Assembly (NCBI GenBank): GCA_907165135.1
Contig: OU015568.1
Coordinates: 1,240,001 to 1,304,000 of the forward strand
Reading direction: 5' to 3'
DNA from: Oikopleura dioica
Taxonomy: Eukaryota > Animalia > Chordata
DNA: 64,000 nt
Both the position numbers and the translations under genes were made by a program. Positions 32,685 to 46,655 of this stretch are shown piece after piece; positions within the stretch are counted from its first letter, which is position 1; each line of letters opens with the position of its first letter. The notes beneath the pieces are model-generated. The model was given only the letters and a program-made list of their open reading frames with translations, ran no database searches and was not told where the DNA came from.

Positions 32685-34173
32685 ATGACGCAACCGACAG
32701 AGAAAAGTATGATTACAGATCCAAAGGCTTGGGCTGCATGTGGAGTTATCGCTTGTTTCGTAAGTGAAGTGAATTTAAGTAAAAATAAACCCTTTTTAGT
32801 CGATTTACTTCATTTTCAAAACCCGGGAAGCGTTTGAAAAAGTAGAAGATGCAATAAAAGAAGTCAAGCAGGATCGTAAAGCGAAAATTTGCGAGAGAAA
32901 TTGTATGAAAATTTCATGGAGAAACTCTACCGACTCTCAACATCAGAACGAACAAGTCATCGGCTCTGGTCTTCTCATTCGGCCTAAGCAATTATTTCTT
33001 AAAAAATCAGTTTTGGATGTCACTGAATCTCCCGATCTTCAAAGTGATGAGGACAAACTCGACCAAGAATTTCGAAAAAAGGATTTGGCGTTTCTGCTCA
33101 CCAACTATCACGTGATCGATGAGCTCAAAAAGACGACAGCGAGTGCTCTCAGCAAAGAAAAAACATTTGACGACTGTGTGGAAAATCATTTGGTCGTTGA
33201 ACCGATGACTCAAGGTCTTTTGAGTCGAGAATCGTTTAAGATGTCCGGTGCGAATCCTGAGTTAATTTACTACGACTGGAAATGCGATTTGGCTCTCATT
33301 AGGTGACTTTACAAATCAAAAATTCAAAAGTATAAAAAATCCTCTAGAATCGATTTCAACGACTGTGCTTCCGTCTTCTCCGGGCGAAAATCACTTGCTC
33401 TTTCCAAACAACCCTCGAAAATCAATGATACAGTCACAATAACTGGGTTTCCGTTGGGTCACGGGACAAAAGAGCTCCAAGCTAAAATCAAAACCGCTGA
33501 TTTTTCCGCGAAAATTAATGAACCACGTGGTGAGATCCAAATCGGAAACTTCCAAAATGAGGAAGACTGCTTCAATTGTATCAAGGTAAAAATTTGTCAT
33601 TTTCGACTGACTGTAACAACTCAGATCAACGCGTCAGTCGAGCAAGGTGCTTCCGGTGGTCCAGTGATGAATTCGAATCAAGAAATCGCCGGTGTCATCG
33701 TCTCGAAAGTTGCTGACGGATGCCTCGCTATTTCGGTCTCTCAAATCCACAAGTTTCTCGAAGATGCAGAAAAAGCATACGAGAATCAGAAACAATTCGG
33801 AAAACACGGAATCAAAGTCAGGCAAATGAGCTGCGAAGTGGATGGCCCTGCAGATCTGTACTTTGAAATCTATATGGCGAATCCGAAGATCAAGGATCAC
33901 CAAAAATATTTCGGGAATGAACTGGTCTGGAAAAGGATAACGAAGATCAAGGTGATACAAGACGGCGCGAAGAAAAATTATACCCCGTCCACAGAAGGGG
34001 CTGGAATGCTTGTTGAACAGATAAATCGAGGCGCCGGCTCATTTGAGGTAAATTTTCGAAAATCCAAATCGCTCCTAAAATATATTTTTTAGATAAAAGA
34101 AATCTGGTACGAAACTGACGGTCTGGACGAATCGATCTATTCTACTCCATATTTCTCCATTGATTTTGAATAG
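32685..34173 (+). CDS. HtrA/DegP-like trypsin-fold serine protease with an N-terminal membrane anchor
   Basis: Catalytic triad motifs LLTNYHV (His), CDLALI (Asp) and GASGGPVMN (Ser), plus IGSG. N-terminal hydrophobic AWAACGVIACFSIYFIF. Confidence 0.75.
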
Positions 34174-35032
34174 AGCTATTTTTTAACGAAAAAAAAAGTT
34201 CATTCAAATCGCGTGTTGCTCAAATAAGTTATTATGCGCTGTGGTTCGAGATTATGAATAAATGTTGATAAACGAAGTTATCTCTCTTGGTTAGAATTTG
34301 TTATGACAAATTGTAGTTGTCGACTCTCGTATGCGGATGAGCTGGATTTTTACGCAACAGCTTGCGTGTTTATCACTTAAAACATCATGGAAAAAATGCA
34401 TTTTTGTCGCGCATTTTGCACTGTAATGACTTTTTTTTTCTAAAAGCCGCAAGTTTCTTATATGCTGCTCTTCAAAAAAATTATCAAAAAAGCCGCGCAA
34501 CAAATTCTACTTTTTTTGAAAGCGGCTTTTTCGATCTCAAACTTAAAGTTTGGAGACTCTTGAATTTAATTAGTTTCTTGAGCCGCACGCGGCTTCAGAA
34601 AAAATCTCTTGGTAGTGATAGAAACAAAAGCCGCGCGCGGCTTTTAAATCGGTAAGTTTAAGTTGAATTTATGAATTTAAATTTAAAAATCAACCTGTTT
34701 TTCCAATCGTAACTGATAACTATTGCTGCGTCTATCAGACAGTCTACCAGACAGTCGAGAAAGAACAATCTCTTCATGGCGCGAGCTTCAGAATCCGACA
34801 TTCCAAAGTGATGATTCATGAGTCGCCGCGTGAGCTCTGGTTGGGCGCGCGAATTTCGTCTTTTTTCGTCTTTTCCTTTCTTTGCCACTTTTTTGTTTGA
34901 CCATTTTTTGAGCGAAATCCGCGAAAGTTGAAAAGTGGAGAATCTGCTCCGCCGAATTCGGATGCATGCGAAAAGCGAAAATGAAGAGCCGCGAAATGTA
35001 GAGAGGCGCAAATACCGAAAATAAACGAAAAA

Positions 35033-36813
35033 ATGGAGAAATTGACGAAGAAGTTCAAGATTTTCACAAAGCAGAAAGACAGTAAACAGGCATAAGGGTT
35101 GAAAATAGCTTTCTTAAGGGTGTATCATTGTTTTATAAAGCTAAATCTATTGAAAATTTTATTTTCAAGCTCAAAAACACTCATGTTCTTGGGGCTATTC
35201 GAATAGCTGACGAATAACAGTTAGGGTTAGCCATAAACCTAACCCTAACCATTTGTTTTTCAACCCAAATCTGAGGGACATACGAAGGGAACGTACAAGA
35301 AGAATGTTCCAGTGAAAAACAACAATGATAATGTAGTGAAAAGAGCAAGTCAATTTGGCGCACGAGATGTCTATCAAAACAGGTTCCGTTCATTAAAAAT
35401 TAATTTGAAAATTTAATTTGGGCTTTTTGTTCCAAGAAGTCAGAAGGCTTTACCCTGTCCTGCCTGGCTAATCTGTAAGTTCTTGTTCAGGTCATCAGTG
35501 AGCTCGGACAGCTGTCAGTACGGCAACGAAGCTAATCAGTTTCAGTCAAATGCGTCTCTCGCCTCAACTTCATCTTACAACTCTGACAGGCGATCCATCG
35601 CTTATCAGCACCAGCGCTCAAACTCTCAGAACAGGTAAAGCTCTTCAATCCGCCAAATCTATTTTTGGCGCGTAAAATTTATGCAAAATACCATTTCTCG
35701 CGAAATTCTCAGCCAGATCCTTCAATTATGCGCTTGGCGAAAAGCTCTTTCAAAAAAAGGGATGAAAATTCGCACGTTCCGGGGGACGCGTGGATTTTCA
35801 TTTTTACTTTTTCGGCTCGAAATGTATGTAATAAAAAAATCTTTGAAAACATTTTTATTTGCATTTTTTCGGCGGAAATAAAACCTTGCTAAACATTTAC
35901 TGTTTACCGCATAAATAATTCTATTTTCGCGTATTTTCGCCTTTCATTTGAAATTCTCCTCGGTATATTAAAATATTTTTTTTTCTTCAAAAAGAATACC
36001 GTACCAACTTTTTTTTCAGCAGCCATTTTCTGGAAGATCGGCTCCCGGGCGGCTGGGACGTCGCCTTCACCGACGACGGTCAAAAGTACTTCGTCGATCA
36101 CAACACGAACACAACCCACTGGAATCTCCCGCTGGAAAGTGAGTGCCTCCCGCCCGGCTGGGAAAAGGTCACCTCGAGCCAGCACGGCAGCTACTATGTC
36201 AACCACCAAAATGGAAAGGCCCAGCAACATCCGCCCGTGTACTTCGCGAATTCCGCCTCAGCAGGTCTCGGTGGAATGTCACATCACAGGGACGCCGCTG
36301 GAAACGGATCGAGTAATGGAAGGAAGTTTTCAGTAAGCTCGTTGCCCATGACCGAACCTGACGAGAAATTCACCGGTAAGTTAAAATTTTTTTTTCGCGT
36401 TCGTTTGTTTTAATAATCATAATACCCAAATGGAGCCAAATTTACTGACAGTACTTGTGTCCAAGTTTATCCACTCGTAAACGACTGTAAGTAAGGGCCC
36501 TTATCGCGAACTACTGTCTGTGCCCCAGCACTTAGCCGAAAACTCGGGAAAAATTCCTTTGCATATTTTTAACACGCGTTTAAGAATGGATGGAGCGGAG
36601 AATCGAAACGGAAAATCCAACGCTGTACACGCCAATACCTGAATTCTTATCGGTTTATGCAAAAACGACGGACCCGGGCGCGCTCGCCCTCTTGAACTGG
36701 AACCACTTCGACGAAGTTGAACTCGAATCGAGAACGGGCCTAATTTTTGAATACGTGCATAAATTTTAAATACAAAAAACCAGTCTTCATTGAACGAAAT
36801 AACTGACGTGTAG
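35033..36813 (+). CDS. SAV1: Salvador homolog (two WW domains and the start of a SARAH domain), Hippo pathway scaffold
   Basis: [55 protein letters not shown] closely matches the SAV1 WW pair; [10 protein letters not shown]...LLNWNHF is the pre-SARAH region. Start and stop are inferred. Confidence 0.85.
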
Positions 36814-37989
36814 AACCTTAATCTGGATGAGAATTCCTATAAAAATGAGGTCGATTATTAAGTTACAAAGTGACTTGGAATAGGTACATTTTAGTAAGTC
36901 ACTTCTGATGCCACCACTTTTTATTTGAAACAATTTGTAAGATAAGTCTTTTAAAAAGTGTTTCAACAAGAAAAGCGCTCTCTATTTTTACGTTAGAGTA
37001 TTACACAAGCGTTTCTTTTCGCTGATAAGGGTCCCCAGCTTTTTCTTCTTGAATCAAGAGTGCTTCAATTATTACTCACATTTTTCTTGTCGTTCATTGT
37101 CACAGCCCTCGCAAAGTACAACGCCATGTTCGCCCAGCTGCACAAATCCGAATCGTCACAAATATGCCGTAGCTACGAAATTCTGCGATCAAATCTGCAC
37201 AATGCCCTGCGCGCCCCTCACTCCCAGTCTGCTCAAGACCAAGGAATGGAATCAAAAAAGCCCACTGAAAGCGCCCTTTATCTCCTTCGCTATTTTAGCT
37301 TTAAATTTAATTCGTGTGGAAATTTATATCCACACGAGTTACGAACTTAAATTCTATTCGTTCAACTCAGCTTTTGATTCCCGAATTCTAGCTCCAAAAA
37401 GCCAGCAAAGTCCCCGCTAAAAAAACCCTGAAAAAAACCAACAACAAGTTCCTCTTTCCTGAAATCTTTCCTGAAAAAAATATCGCGCAAAAATGGACAT
37501 CTTCTTTTCTCCCGTCAATGTGATGCAAGCAAAACAAAACAACAAAATAATGAACAGAAAGAAAAAAAAACCGACATGAAGAGATTTTTATTCCTGAAGA
37601 GTATGACTCGTTCTCAGTTCTGTAATTTATTTCCCGAAAACCGAAACCAAGAATTTATCGAAAAAAAAAAAATAATGAAACTAGCACTGCTCATCAAATA
37701 CATTTCTTTACTCCCATCGAATTCGGAGTTTCTCATTCTTTTAAAATACCAATGATGAAAATCAGCAGGAAAGGAATTGTTATAGAATCAGCGCCAGAAA
37801 GCTCTGACACAGTAACTGCGGGCCCAGAAGAGGTTGTCTCAGGCGCCCCTGCTTTCGTACAGGGCCAGTCCTCAAGATTACTAAATGTCATCGTCTAACT
37901 TATTAAACTTACAATAATGCAGTCTGTATTTATGAGCGCTGCGGAATCTTTGTAGGTACTTTCACTCGATGATAAACAAAAAGCTAAAA

Positions 37990-38759
37990 GCAAATTCTTC
38001 ATTGAAAAAATTCAAGCTTCAAACCATCAAGTGCTTGTTCTCCAGCCGAAGTTGCGAAATTGAACGCATTTTCAATAAAATCTTGTAGTCTCTTGCACCG
38101 TTCTTCCCAAGTAAGCATTTCTTCAAACGTTTCTTCGAAAAACAAAACCAATAAATAAGCTGTACTTTGAAAGTCTCTTTTGAATGCTTCAACGCTTTCT
38201 TATGGCCTTAACAGGAAGCAAGTTTACAAATTGTCGGTCGGAACAAAAGTTGTTTTATGGATAACCTTGAATATAACTAACTTACATACCTTTTTTGTAC
38301 TAGGGTGTTGAAGCAAGAGTTGGTACTTATCATGTCAGTTATATTTGAGAATCAAAACATGGGGTTTTTCATTTTATTGATATGTAAGAAATAAATGATT
38401 GGGGAGAGATGAACTTGGATCATTTTCGCAGAACATGCTCAGTTTTTCATCATCAGAAATGAGAAGAAGAGAATCATCAAGATAGACATTGTCATTGATC
38501 CAGCGTTTGAGCATGGCCAGTCCTAAAGAGTCATTATTTTTCCGTGCGAAGAATATTGATGCTTACAATTTCGCAGTCATCGAGAAGCGCTGCGGACGAC
38601 TCGTAGGTAGCCTTAGTCGAACAAAAAACTGAATGAAAAATAACGTGCTCAACAGAGTTTTCTTCGATTAATACCGTCAAGATATGTTCCTCCCAAGGAC
38701 TTTGCTACATCGTAGGCGCTCTCAAGCGAAGATTGAATTGCATCGCATGCAAACGACAT
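37990..38759 (-). CDS. Hypothetical multi-exon protein
   Basis: Coding-like segments MSFACDAIQSSLESAYDVAK..., GLAMLKRWINDNVYLDD... and EEMLTWEERCKRLQDFIENAF... separated by short introns. No family recognised. Confidence 0.3.
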
Positions 38760-41124
38760 TCTGAAAATAATTTTTCAAAAAAATATTAGAATATATTCTG
38801 TATCTCTGCTCTAGCGTTGAAACTCTCTAATGAATCTTTCAGCAGGCAAAAACAGTTTTTGTGCTTAGATGCAACAAAGGCCGTAAATTGAAGCAATCTT
38901 TTATGAAAAGTGAAACTTTATCGTCTTACTTAGTTTCACAAGATTCTTCTTGTGGCATTCAGGGTGACCTTGAATCCTCAATCAACTGTAGTTATATGAT
39001 TTACCTTCTATCTTTATCATTTTTCGGGACATTTTAGAATTCAATCGCCTTGTCTAGACTCTAGATAGCCTTAGAACCTGAGTATTAACGTTGTAAAAAG
39101 TTTTCAGTACCGGGAGAGAAGCGAGAGGTATTTATCTCGATCCCGGATAATCAGCCCGATGATAACATGGTCGCTCCTCGAGAACAACAGACATTCGCGT
39201 ACATGGTTTTTGAGCATTGAGCCGGAAGCCTTCGCTCCCAGCATCGATTCTGATAAGCGTTTTTATCAGATCTCGGCAGGTGAGCAGCACAAAATCCGGA
39301 TAAAAAGCGATCAATTTTAAAACGATCAACGATCAAGAGTGCTCAACTATTTACGGACAACATTTCTAAGCGACGCACAAGTAGATGCACAAGTAGATGT
39401 ACTTTTTAATTTCCCAGAAAAGATGCGTTTGAGTTCGTCGCGTAACATCATGTTTACATTTGATAATTGTCGACTTTAGAAATCGCCTTCTTTCAAGAAT
39501 GCCGAACCAAAAGATAGAGATGTTCCAAAATGACTGTATTTGCCTTGTGGTCAGTGAAAAACTCAATGTCCAGGAAATTACGATTTCCGCGCGCACTTGT
39601 CAATATACCCGATTTTGCTTCTTGAAAAATGCATTTACTCGTCAAAATATACTCGAAGAGCCTAGTGATGTATTGGAAAAGCTTATAGTTAGAGATGATC
39701 GGCTTGCGCTTGTTAAAATAAGCAGCAAAAAGAAGGTAAGAGAGACACGATTTTTAATCACAAGCGCGTAAATCGCAATCTGCCAACTCAGTTTAAGCAG
39801 TGTTGATTGTTGTTGTGGTCTTGAGAAAGCGAGGGAGAGGAGCTGGCGTATTTAGAGCGGTTGGACAATTTGTTCGGAGGTTAAGGCTCTGCTGTGGCCA
39901 GCTTAAAGTCTCAGAGCCGGATCGAATACGTAAAGGATTGAATTTCTTATCAGGCAAATTTTCAATAATGGACAATTTTTTTCAAGTTTATTTGAAAAAA
40001 AACTGACCAAAGAAGCCTTTTTTCGATGAAAAATAATAAGAAGCTTACTTGAGTTTAATAATTTATACGATACTCCACGATGGTAGCATTTCATTTTTAT
40101 TGAAAAGAGAGTCGATTTTTAAGAAAAAAAAGAGAGCGGGAACGAAAATGGACATATATGACGGTAGTTTATAGACGAGCAGATCCCGGGCCAGAGCAAT
40201 ATCTTTTTATATTATACACGTTCGTTTAGGTTGAGCTCATCGATTGTTGAGCCGAGAAAAGCTTACTTCTTCACTATCTCACTAAGCAACGAAATAAGTG
40301 ACACGCAACTTTCAATTCAGAAGAAAGGCGACAGAAAGGAACAGATACACCCTACTTTTTATCAGAGCCACAGTATACAGAAATACTTATTATTAACCAA
40401 AGGAGGATGAACTTCTTTCAGTAGTTATCTGAATAGAAAAAATAAATATTTAAAGGGGGTAATCATCGTAAGATCCGATTTCCAGGCGGATTTTCGGGAG
40501 CTCTTTTTTGTCCAGACACAGGTTTTTTTTTACGCAGGTTTTTGAAGCAGCACCAAGAAAAAGGATTGATTTTATGGAAATAGGTTTTGATTGGCGGGTA
40601 GGCCAAATACAGCAAGCTTATTGGTCTTACAAAAATTCACTTCTTTTTCTTGGTTTGCGCCGGTTTTTGAGTCCAGATACCGTTTTTATAAGTAAGATTG
40701 TATAAGTTTTGATTATTTTCAATCGATAATTTCGCTCATCATTACTACGTCGCACAAATATGGATATCTATCAAAAGTCACTGTTCATGAATATATAGAA
40801 GCAGAAACTCAAACCAACGAAAATATGGAAGAAGTTTGTTCATTAGTAAGCAAATTGGAGAGAAAATCATCAAAGCGCAAGTCTCAGCGAGATCGCGAGA
40901 AGAAAAAGATGCAGGAGGATAAAGTAAGTTTAGACTGCAATTACCGAAAGCGACAAGTTCAAACGCCGCCTGCTGCCAATAATGCAGGATGTGTATAAAA
41001 TGAACGGTGACCATTTGCGATTCAGCACACGAAACGTCGAAGCTCGCGGCAATCCCTTTACGCCGGCCTGCCACGTCCGAAATCTCCTAATGTCGGAGTG
41101 CTGCTCGATTCGCCACAGTCGAAA

Positions 41125-44100
41125 ATGAACAGTTCCGCGACGCAAGAGACTCATAAGCAAAAGGCTTTGGCGAAACTTGGGGTCAATCCGGACAAGGGAG
41201 TTGGTAAGTCCCAGAAGTTCAAGAAGCCAATTTTCGGCCCATGTTTCTTATTTTTTTCGCTTAGCTGCGAAAAATCAAAATTATTAGAAAATATCTGACG
41301 CGTTTATATTTGCGGTCGAGTACTGCAAAAATTTCGGTTTAAAATTCTCGAGCGAAACCGCCGATAAGCGTGACGACGTAGTGTTATCAAAAAGGCAATC
41401 CACAAGATCTGACCTCCTCGGTTAGTCCGCCGAAATTTTAGAGACTAGCTTACATACATTCTAAAAAAGGGAATCTTCTTTCATCGCTCTTTGTCTACCA
41501 GACAGACTGACCATTTAAGGGGGTCCTATTTTTCACAAGCAATTTTAGAATTACGATTTTTTTCGAATTAATTGTAACCCTCTAAATGCCATTTAATCAC
41601 TATACAGTCCTATAGTAAAGCCAGGTTGGCTTATCTGTGACAAGTTCATATACTTAATTTTTAATTCTTAATGCAAGACTAACTCTTCTTTCAACAAAAC
41701 CGCACCCTTAGCAAAAAATGACAGAGGGGAGAGAAAAGGGAGAAAAATGACGCAAATTTCAGCAGACTTTGAATTATTCCGAGATCAAACGGTGCTGGAG
41801 AGACTGGACGAAAGGCTTCAAAAGTACGATTTGTATGGGTCAAAGGGTTGAATATTTTTACTGCTTATGGCGATCATCTGAGTTGCAGAACACTAAAAAT
41901 CGATACAGATGATTTGATAATGCCGTGATCCTAGGATGGGGAAGATTTGCCCGTCTTTGATTGGCTGACAGAAGAAATACTAATATCTGATTGGCTTAGA
42001 GCAATCTCCATGGTCACTCTCTTTGAGACGTAAACTAATTACTGCTTTACTAAAATCAAGCGAACCCTGCAAAGAAAGAAAGAGGACAAGATTTTCTAGA
42101 GCCGATTTTTTTTCTCGGCGCTAGAAAGTGAAAATTTTGAAAGAAATATTGAGTCGTGTTCTTAACAGAAAATATTGTATCGTGTTCTTTTTCAGAAAAT
42201 ATTGTGTCGTGTTCTTTTTAGAAGCGTTATGATGCTGTTCACTGGTATTTCCAGTATAAACCGACAAATCTGGGTCTTCCGAAAGTTGTACAGCAAACTT
42301 TGCGAAGCAGTCCCACTTTAGGCTGTTCCCTAACTTCCTCAGTCATCGAAACTGAACGAAATTTAGTAAATTTTAAAATTCTCTTTTTACCTCTCAAAAT
42401 ACGGCGCCGGACTGTAACTAGATCACAGAAAAGCGGTAATCTGACTGACTGTGAGTGGATTTAGCCCTGACAACAACTTCGGCTCTAGAGAAATTTTTCT
42501 CTTATAGTGCGCTTCATTGTTGCGCGTCTAGAGAATTTTCGCTCTTCTATTCACTAAAAATTCAACCCAACAACAGTCTACCAAAAACGCAAGTACTCAA
42601 CCTCGCGGTTAACGTTTCCGAAGTGCTGCGATTGGAATCTTCCTGGCGCGAGTTTCTCCCGGAAAAAGTGGCCAAAGACGTCCCGAAAAACGAGGCTCGA
42701 TTTCAAGAGGCGATATGGGAGATTTTCTTTACGGAGCATAATTATATGAACGGTGATCTTTTTGCTCTGACTCAGGTTTTCTACACAGGAAAGCCTTTTT
42801 CTAACGACAGCATTTTTGATTGATCTTTTCTTGAAAGTTCTTATGTAATTTGACGCAATCACTAGTGGATAAGAAAATTTCTAAAGGCAATTAATCACAA
42901 ATTGATCATCTTTTGAAAGCTCAAAATTGCACTCTGCGATTCATGTCTATATCGGGTGTTTGATCGATCTACAGGAAGACGATTTGTTCGAACGGATCCA
43001 GATCAAGAGGCTCTTTACTAATTTGAAGGTCATTTACAGAACTCATCTCGATCTTTGGACGAATTTCTTCTTGCCGGAGCTCAAATCTTGCCGAAAGGAA
43101 AGACGAATGCTGGACGCGAAAAGCCTTATCCAGATATATAGTCAGATTGAGCAGCGCATTCCATCTGTTTATGTCAAGTATCTTGTTGGAGCGAGAGACT
43201 CGTTTTTCGGTTCTAAATTTTCACGAAATATAGATTTGTTGGAAATAATAGCGATTTCTGAACCGACAGTAAGATCGAATACATGCGAGAATTATGCGAT
43301 GAAGACGAGCTCTTCCGAAGATTCATCGACTGGGCTGAAGACAAAGATGCATTACAGGTACTTGACTTTCTTACTGACAGTCGAAATGCCAAAGTTTGAA
43401 GGGTAGCAGGTACCTGGAAGATCAGTCTTGAACTCACGTTTTGGGTACATTATTAAACTCGCTAAGCATTAATTTTCAAAACAAATGACCTTCCGGATTT
43501 GGTTATGTCCGGAATCCGGAATGATGTTGTCACTGATAAAGTTCTGTGATGAATAAAGCTACTTTAGATGATATTTAATTTCGATTTTCTAAAAAATATA
43601 TGGCTAAAACCCTAACCCTAACCCTAACCAAGGGGTGCTTTGACCCCTAGACCCCCTCCAGTAGGTATTCTCAGCCCCTAACCCTAATCCCTAACTGAGA
43701 AGAGATTTAGTATCACTGTAACCTTCCGCTAAAATCGACCAGCAAATGACCTAATCCTTGTTTGTCCTAATTATTTTCATCCTAAAAGCACTTTTTTCTA
43801 AAAAACAGACTTACCACAGGAATGCGCCAAAGAGAGACGACAGGAATTCAATCAAATCTAATCATTAACCGATCCGTAAATAACAATTCTAGCCCGAGAA
43901 AAACAAATGCAAGGGGAATGATAAAAATGCGCTCGATAGCATTCTCTCAGGTACGAATCAATTGATCCCAACTTGAACAGCATTGTTATCTCATACCAAT
44001 GTTAAGGGCCTCACCAGCGAGTTACGAGATATGGCTTGTTATTAGATACCCGGCTCTACAATTACTATCTTTCTTTGAACTTTTTATTTCGCGTTTTTTG

Positions 44101-46230
44101 GATTTCGATTTTAGAAGCTGGGGAAAGAGACTGTTTGCAAACTGGCGCAAGAACCGATTAGGAGCGAGATCGAAGAAACACGTGCGAAAGGAATTGGCTT
44201 CAATTTGAAAGTTATTCAAAAACAGCTGATTTAGAAAAAACAGCTCTCTTTTCATTACGGTAAGTTACCGGTTAACGTATGAAAGCACAGAATAAAAATT
44301 TTGCTGAACGCATATTGCGGAGTTTTCTGCGCAGCGCCTTTGACGTGTTCTAGCGTCAAATCGGATAAAGATTTGAGAGAACCGAATATGAGTTATTGAA
44401 CTTCACAGGGGCTTTGCGCAGAAATCTGCGTAATATGCGTTCAAGCGTTAATACCGTATTTTCGTTAATTTTCTTGTATTTCGTGAAAATCGAAAATTCC
44501 TTTTCAATTAATGAGTTCGCCGAAAACACCAACGCCGGGGGAAAACGGCACTTGTAAAATTACTGATAAGCAAAATTGGAAGCCAACGAAGCATCCGCAC
44601 TCTGCCTGTGGATTGATCGCCGCGTGAGCTTGGAGGATCTTCGCCGGACTGTCACTGGCGTCGAAATCGATGACTTCAAGAATCTTTCTGAAACAGCTGC
44701 CGACTTTCTGCACAATCACTTCGCGGCAAGAGGCGCGTTTGATTTCTTTTCTTCGATTTCAAATGTGGAAAACGAAGTTCAACGAAGAGTGTATTTTGAA
44801 GACTCTGGAATTCAGCTCAAGGATGGAGAGCATAAAGCAGTCAAGATATTTGCTGTTGTTTTGACTGATGTTTTGATTAGGGTTCGAAATAATTTTAGAA
44901 TTAAAAATAATGTTATCATTTTTTATTAACCTATTAATTTAGAAAAATTAATAATTAATTAAATTAAAAAAAACTTAAAATATTTAAATAACAAAAATAA
45001 TTATTAAATTTTATTAGTAATTTAATTAATCTTAAATTAACGTTATATATTATGTCATTTATTATGTAACATAATTTATAATATATAACTTATATTATAT
45101 TTATTTAAACGAGCAAATTTTCAAGAGGCACCTATTTAACGGATTTAAGGTAGACTCTAACGGACTGTAAAAGCCTTACTTATATTTTTCGAACCCGTTT
45201 TTCAGCTGATCCTTAAATCTCGGAAAGATAAAAAGAAGGCCCTCGTGAAGTCGCCAGGTCCGCGCTCGCTAAATACTATCACCAACAAAATCCTGTCTAA
45301 ACATAAGCTCACGTGTTCACAATCCCTTTCACGCTCAATAATGGTTGTTTACCTTTTCATTTTCCGTCTAAACTGTTCGCTGGGATTCGCGCACTTTCGA
45401 CCCCAAAATATACCAAATTATACATTTTTCGCCAGCGCGGCGGAAAAGTAAAAACGGAGAGACTGATGATGCTCAACGAAGGCGCCAAGGACTTGACGAT
45501 TATTTCTCTTGATGAAGGTCAATTTCCAACAAGGTAAAAATCCTTTTCAAAGTTTTTTTTGGCATAACACATGTTTCTGATTCGTTTTCGACGTTTCGTT
45601 TTAGAAATAAATTTAAACTCGTGTTTCTTTTCCACTTACACGAAAAGCGGAATAACACATGATGAAATTAGATAAATATTTTATTAAAAATGCGGTGTTG
45701 TTACAGGCTTTCTTTCTAGTGTCTTCACGTTGACGTTTGACGAAAAGAGAAAACTTCAGAACTTTCAAGCTGCCATTGAAGATGCGCAGAAGGAGTTGGA
45801 AAGTTTGAAAATGGGGAATGGAAACAACTCAGATTTTATTGCAAAGTTGAATTCAAGGGTTGAACTTTTAGGTAGGGCTAAAAAATGAGGTCTTTGTTTG
45901 TTCTTTAATTTTTTGTCTTTATATAAAGTAAATAATCTTTCTTTCGAAGGAACCATAAAATATGCCTCAAAAATTGATCATGCTAATTTTAAATTATATA
46001 TAAAGCGACTTCACAATTAAACGTTTAAGATGCTGCATTCGCTTTGATAATTTACTGAATAGATAACACATTCATAAATTTTAGAAATAAAAGAAGAAAG
46101 ACCAGCGCAAGAAAAACGACCTTCCAAAAGACCCCTCGATCATCAAATATTCAAGCAGTCGAGCTTTGATAAATTGATATCAAATTTCGGAAACGTAGAA
46201 ATCGACGATGGAGGCATCTGGGCCGGATAA
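41125..46230 (+). CDS. Dbl-family RhoGEF (DH-PH), PLEKHG5/6/7-like
   Basis: FQEAIWEIFFTEHNY, CLIDLQEDDLFERIQIKRLFTN, LFRRFIDWAE, PHQRVTRYGLLL, PH segment IQLKDGEHKAVKIFAVVLTDVLI. Start uncertain; stop TAA at 46228-46230. Confidence 0.85.
43606..43695. repeat. Short interstitial (CCCTAA)n telomere-type repeats in a RhoGEF intron
   Basis: AAACCCTAACCCTAACCCTAACC at 43606-43630 and CCCCTAACCCTAATCCCTAAC at ~43675-43695. A similar motif lies at ~35236. Confidence 0.6.
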
Positions 46231-46451
46231 CCTTTAAAGCTGATCATAATACATCATATTTTTTTGCAAAGTTTGCCTTATGATGCTGTTTTTTGCCACG
46301 AGTAGCCTTCTATGATCTTGCCGAGAGAATCAATTTTTCAAACATTCACTAGTCACTTGCATTGTAAATATAATTTGCAGTCAAATTGAAAATTTGTCCC
46401 GAACTCGCAAATTTTATTTCCCTTTTTTCGAGAAAAGAGAAAATATAAAAA

Positions 46452-46655
46452 ATGCCCTTTGAGTTTTGGTACACTACTTCGAGGGAAGATGACTCCACCG
46501 ACGCATCTTGGGTTTGCTTCTGCCAGTTTTTATGTTGGTCATGCAAAGTCACTCTGCCAAATAATATCGGAGCAAATACGATCACAATAGAACAGCCAAC
46601 TGGTCAGAACAGCCAAAAAGAGGAGGATGGAGGCAATGACAAGAAAAAACTTTGA
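46452..46655 (+). CDS. Small Cys-containing hypothetical protein (67 aa)
   Basis: ATG after an A-rich leader, WVCFCQFLCWSC segment, stop overlapping AATAAA. No family recognised. Confidence 0.3.
   Translation: MPFEFWYTTSREDDSTDASWVCFCQFLCWSCKVTLPNNIGANTITIEQPTGQNSQKEEDGGNDKKKL

Noticed and set aside
43606-43695. Telomere fusion or healing site
   Set aside because: Only 3-4 hexamers per patch inside an intron; such short CCCTAA runs are common in transposon remnants.
44935-45110. Extremely AT-rich tract
   Set aside because: Low-complexity intronic DNA with no discernible structure.
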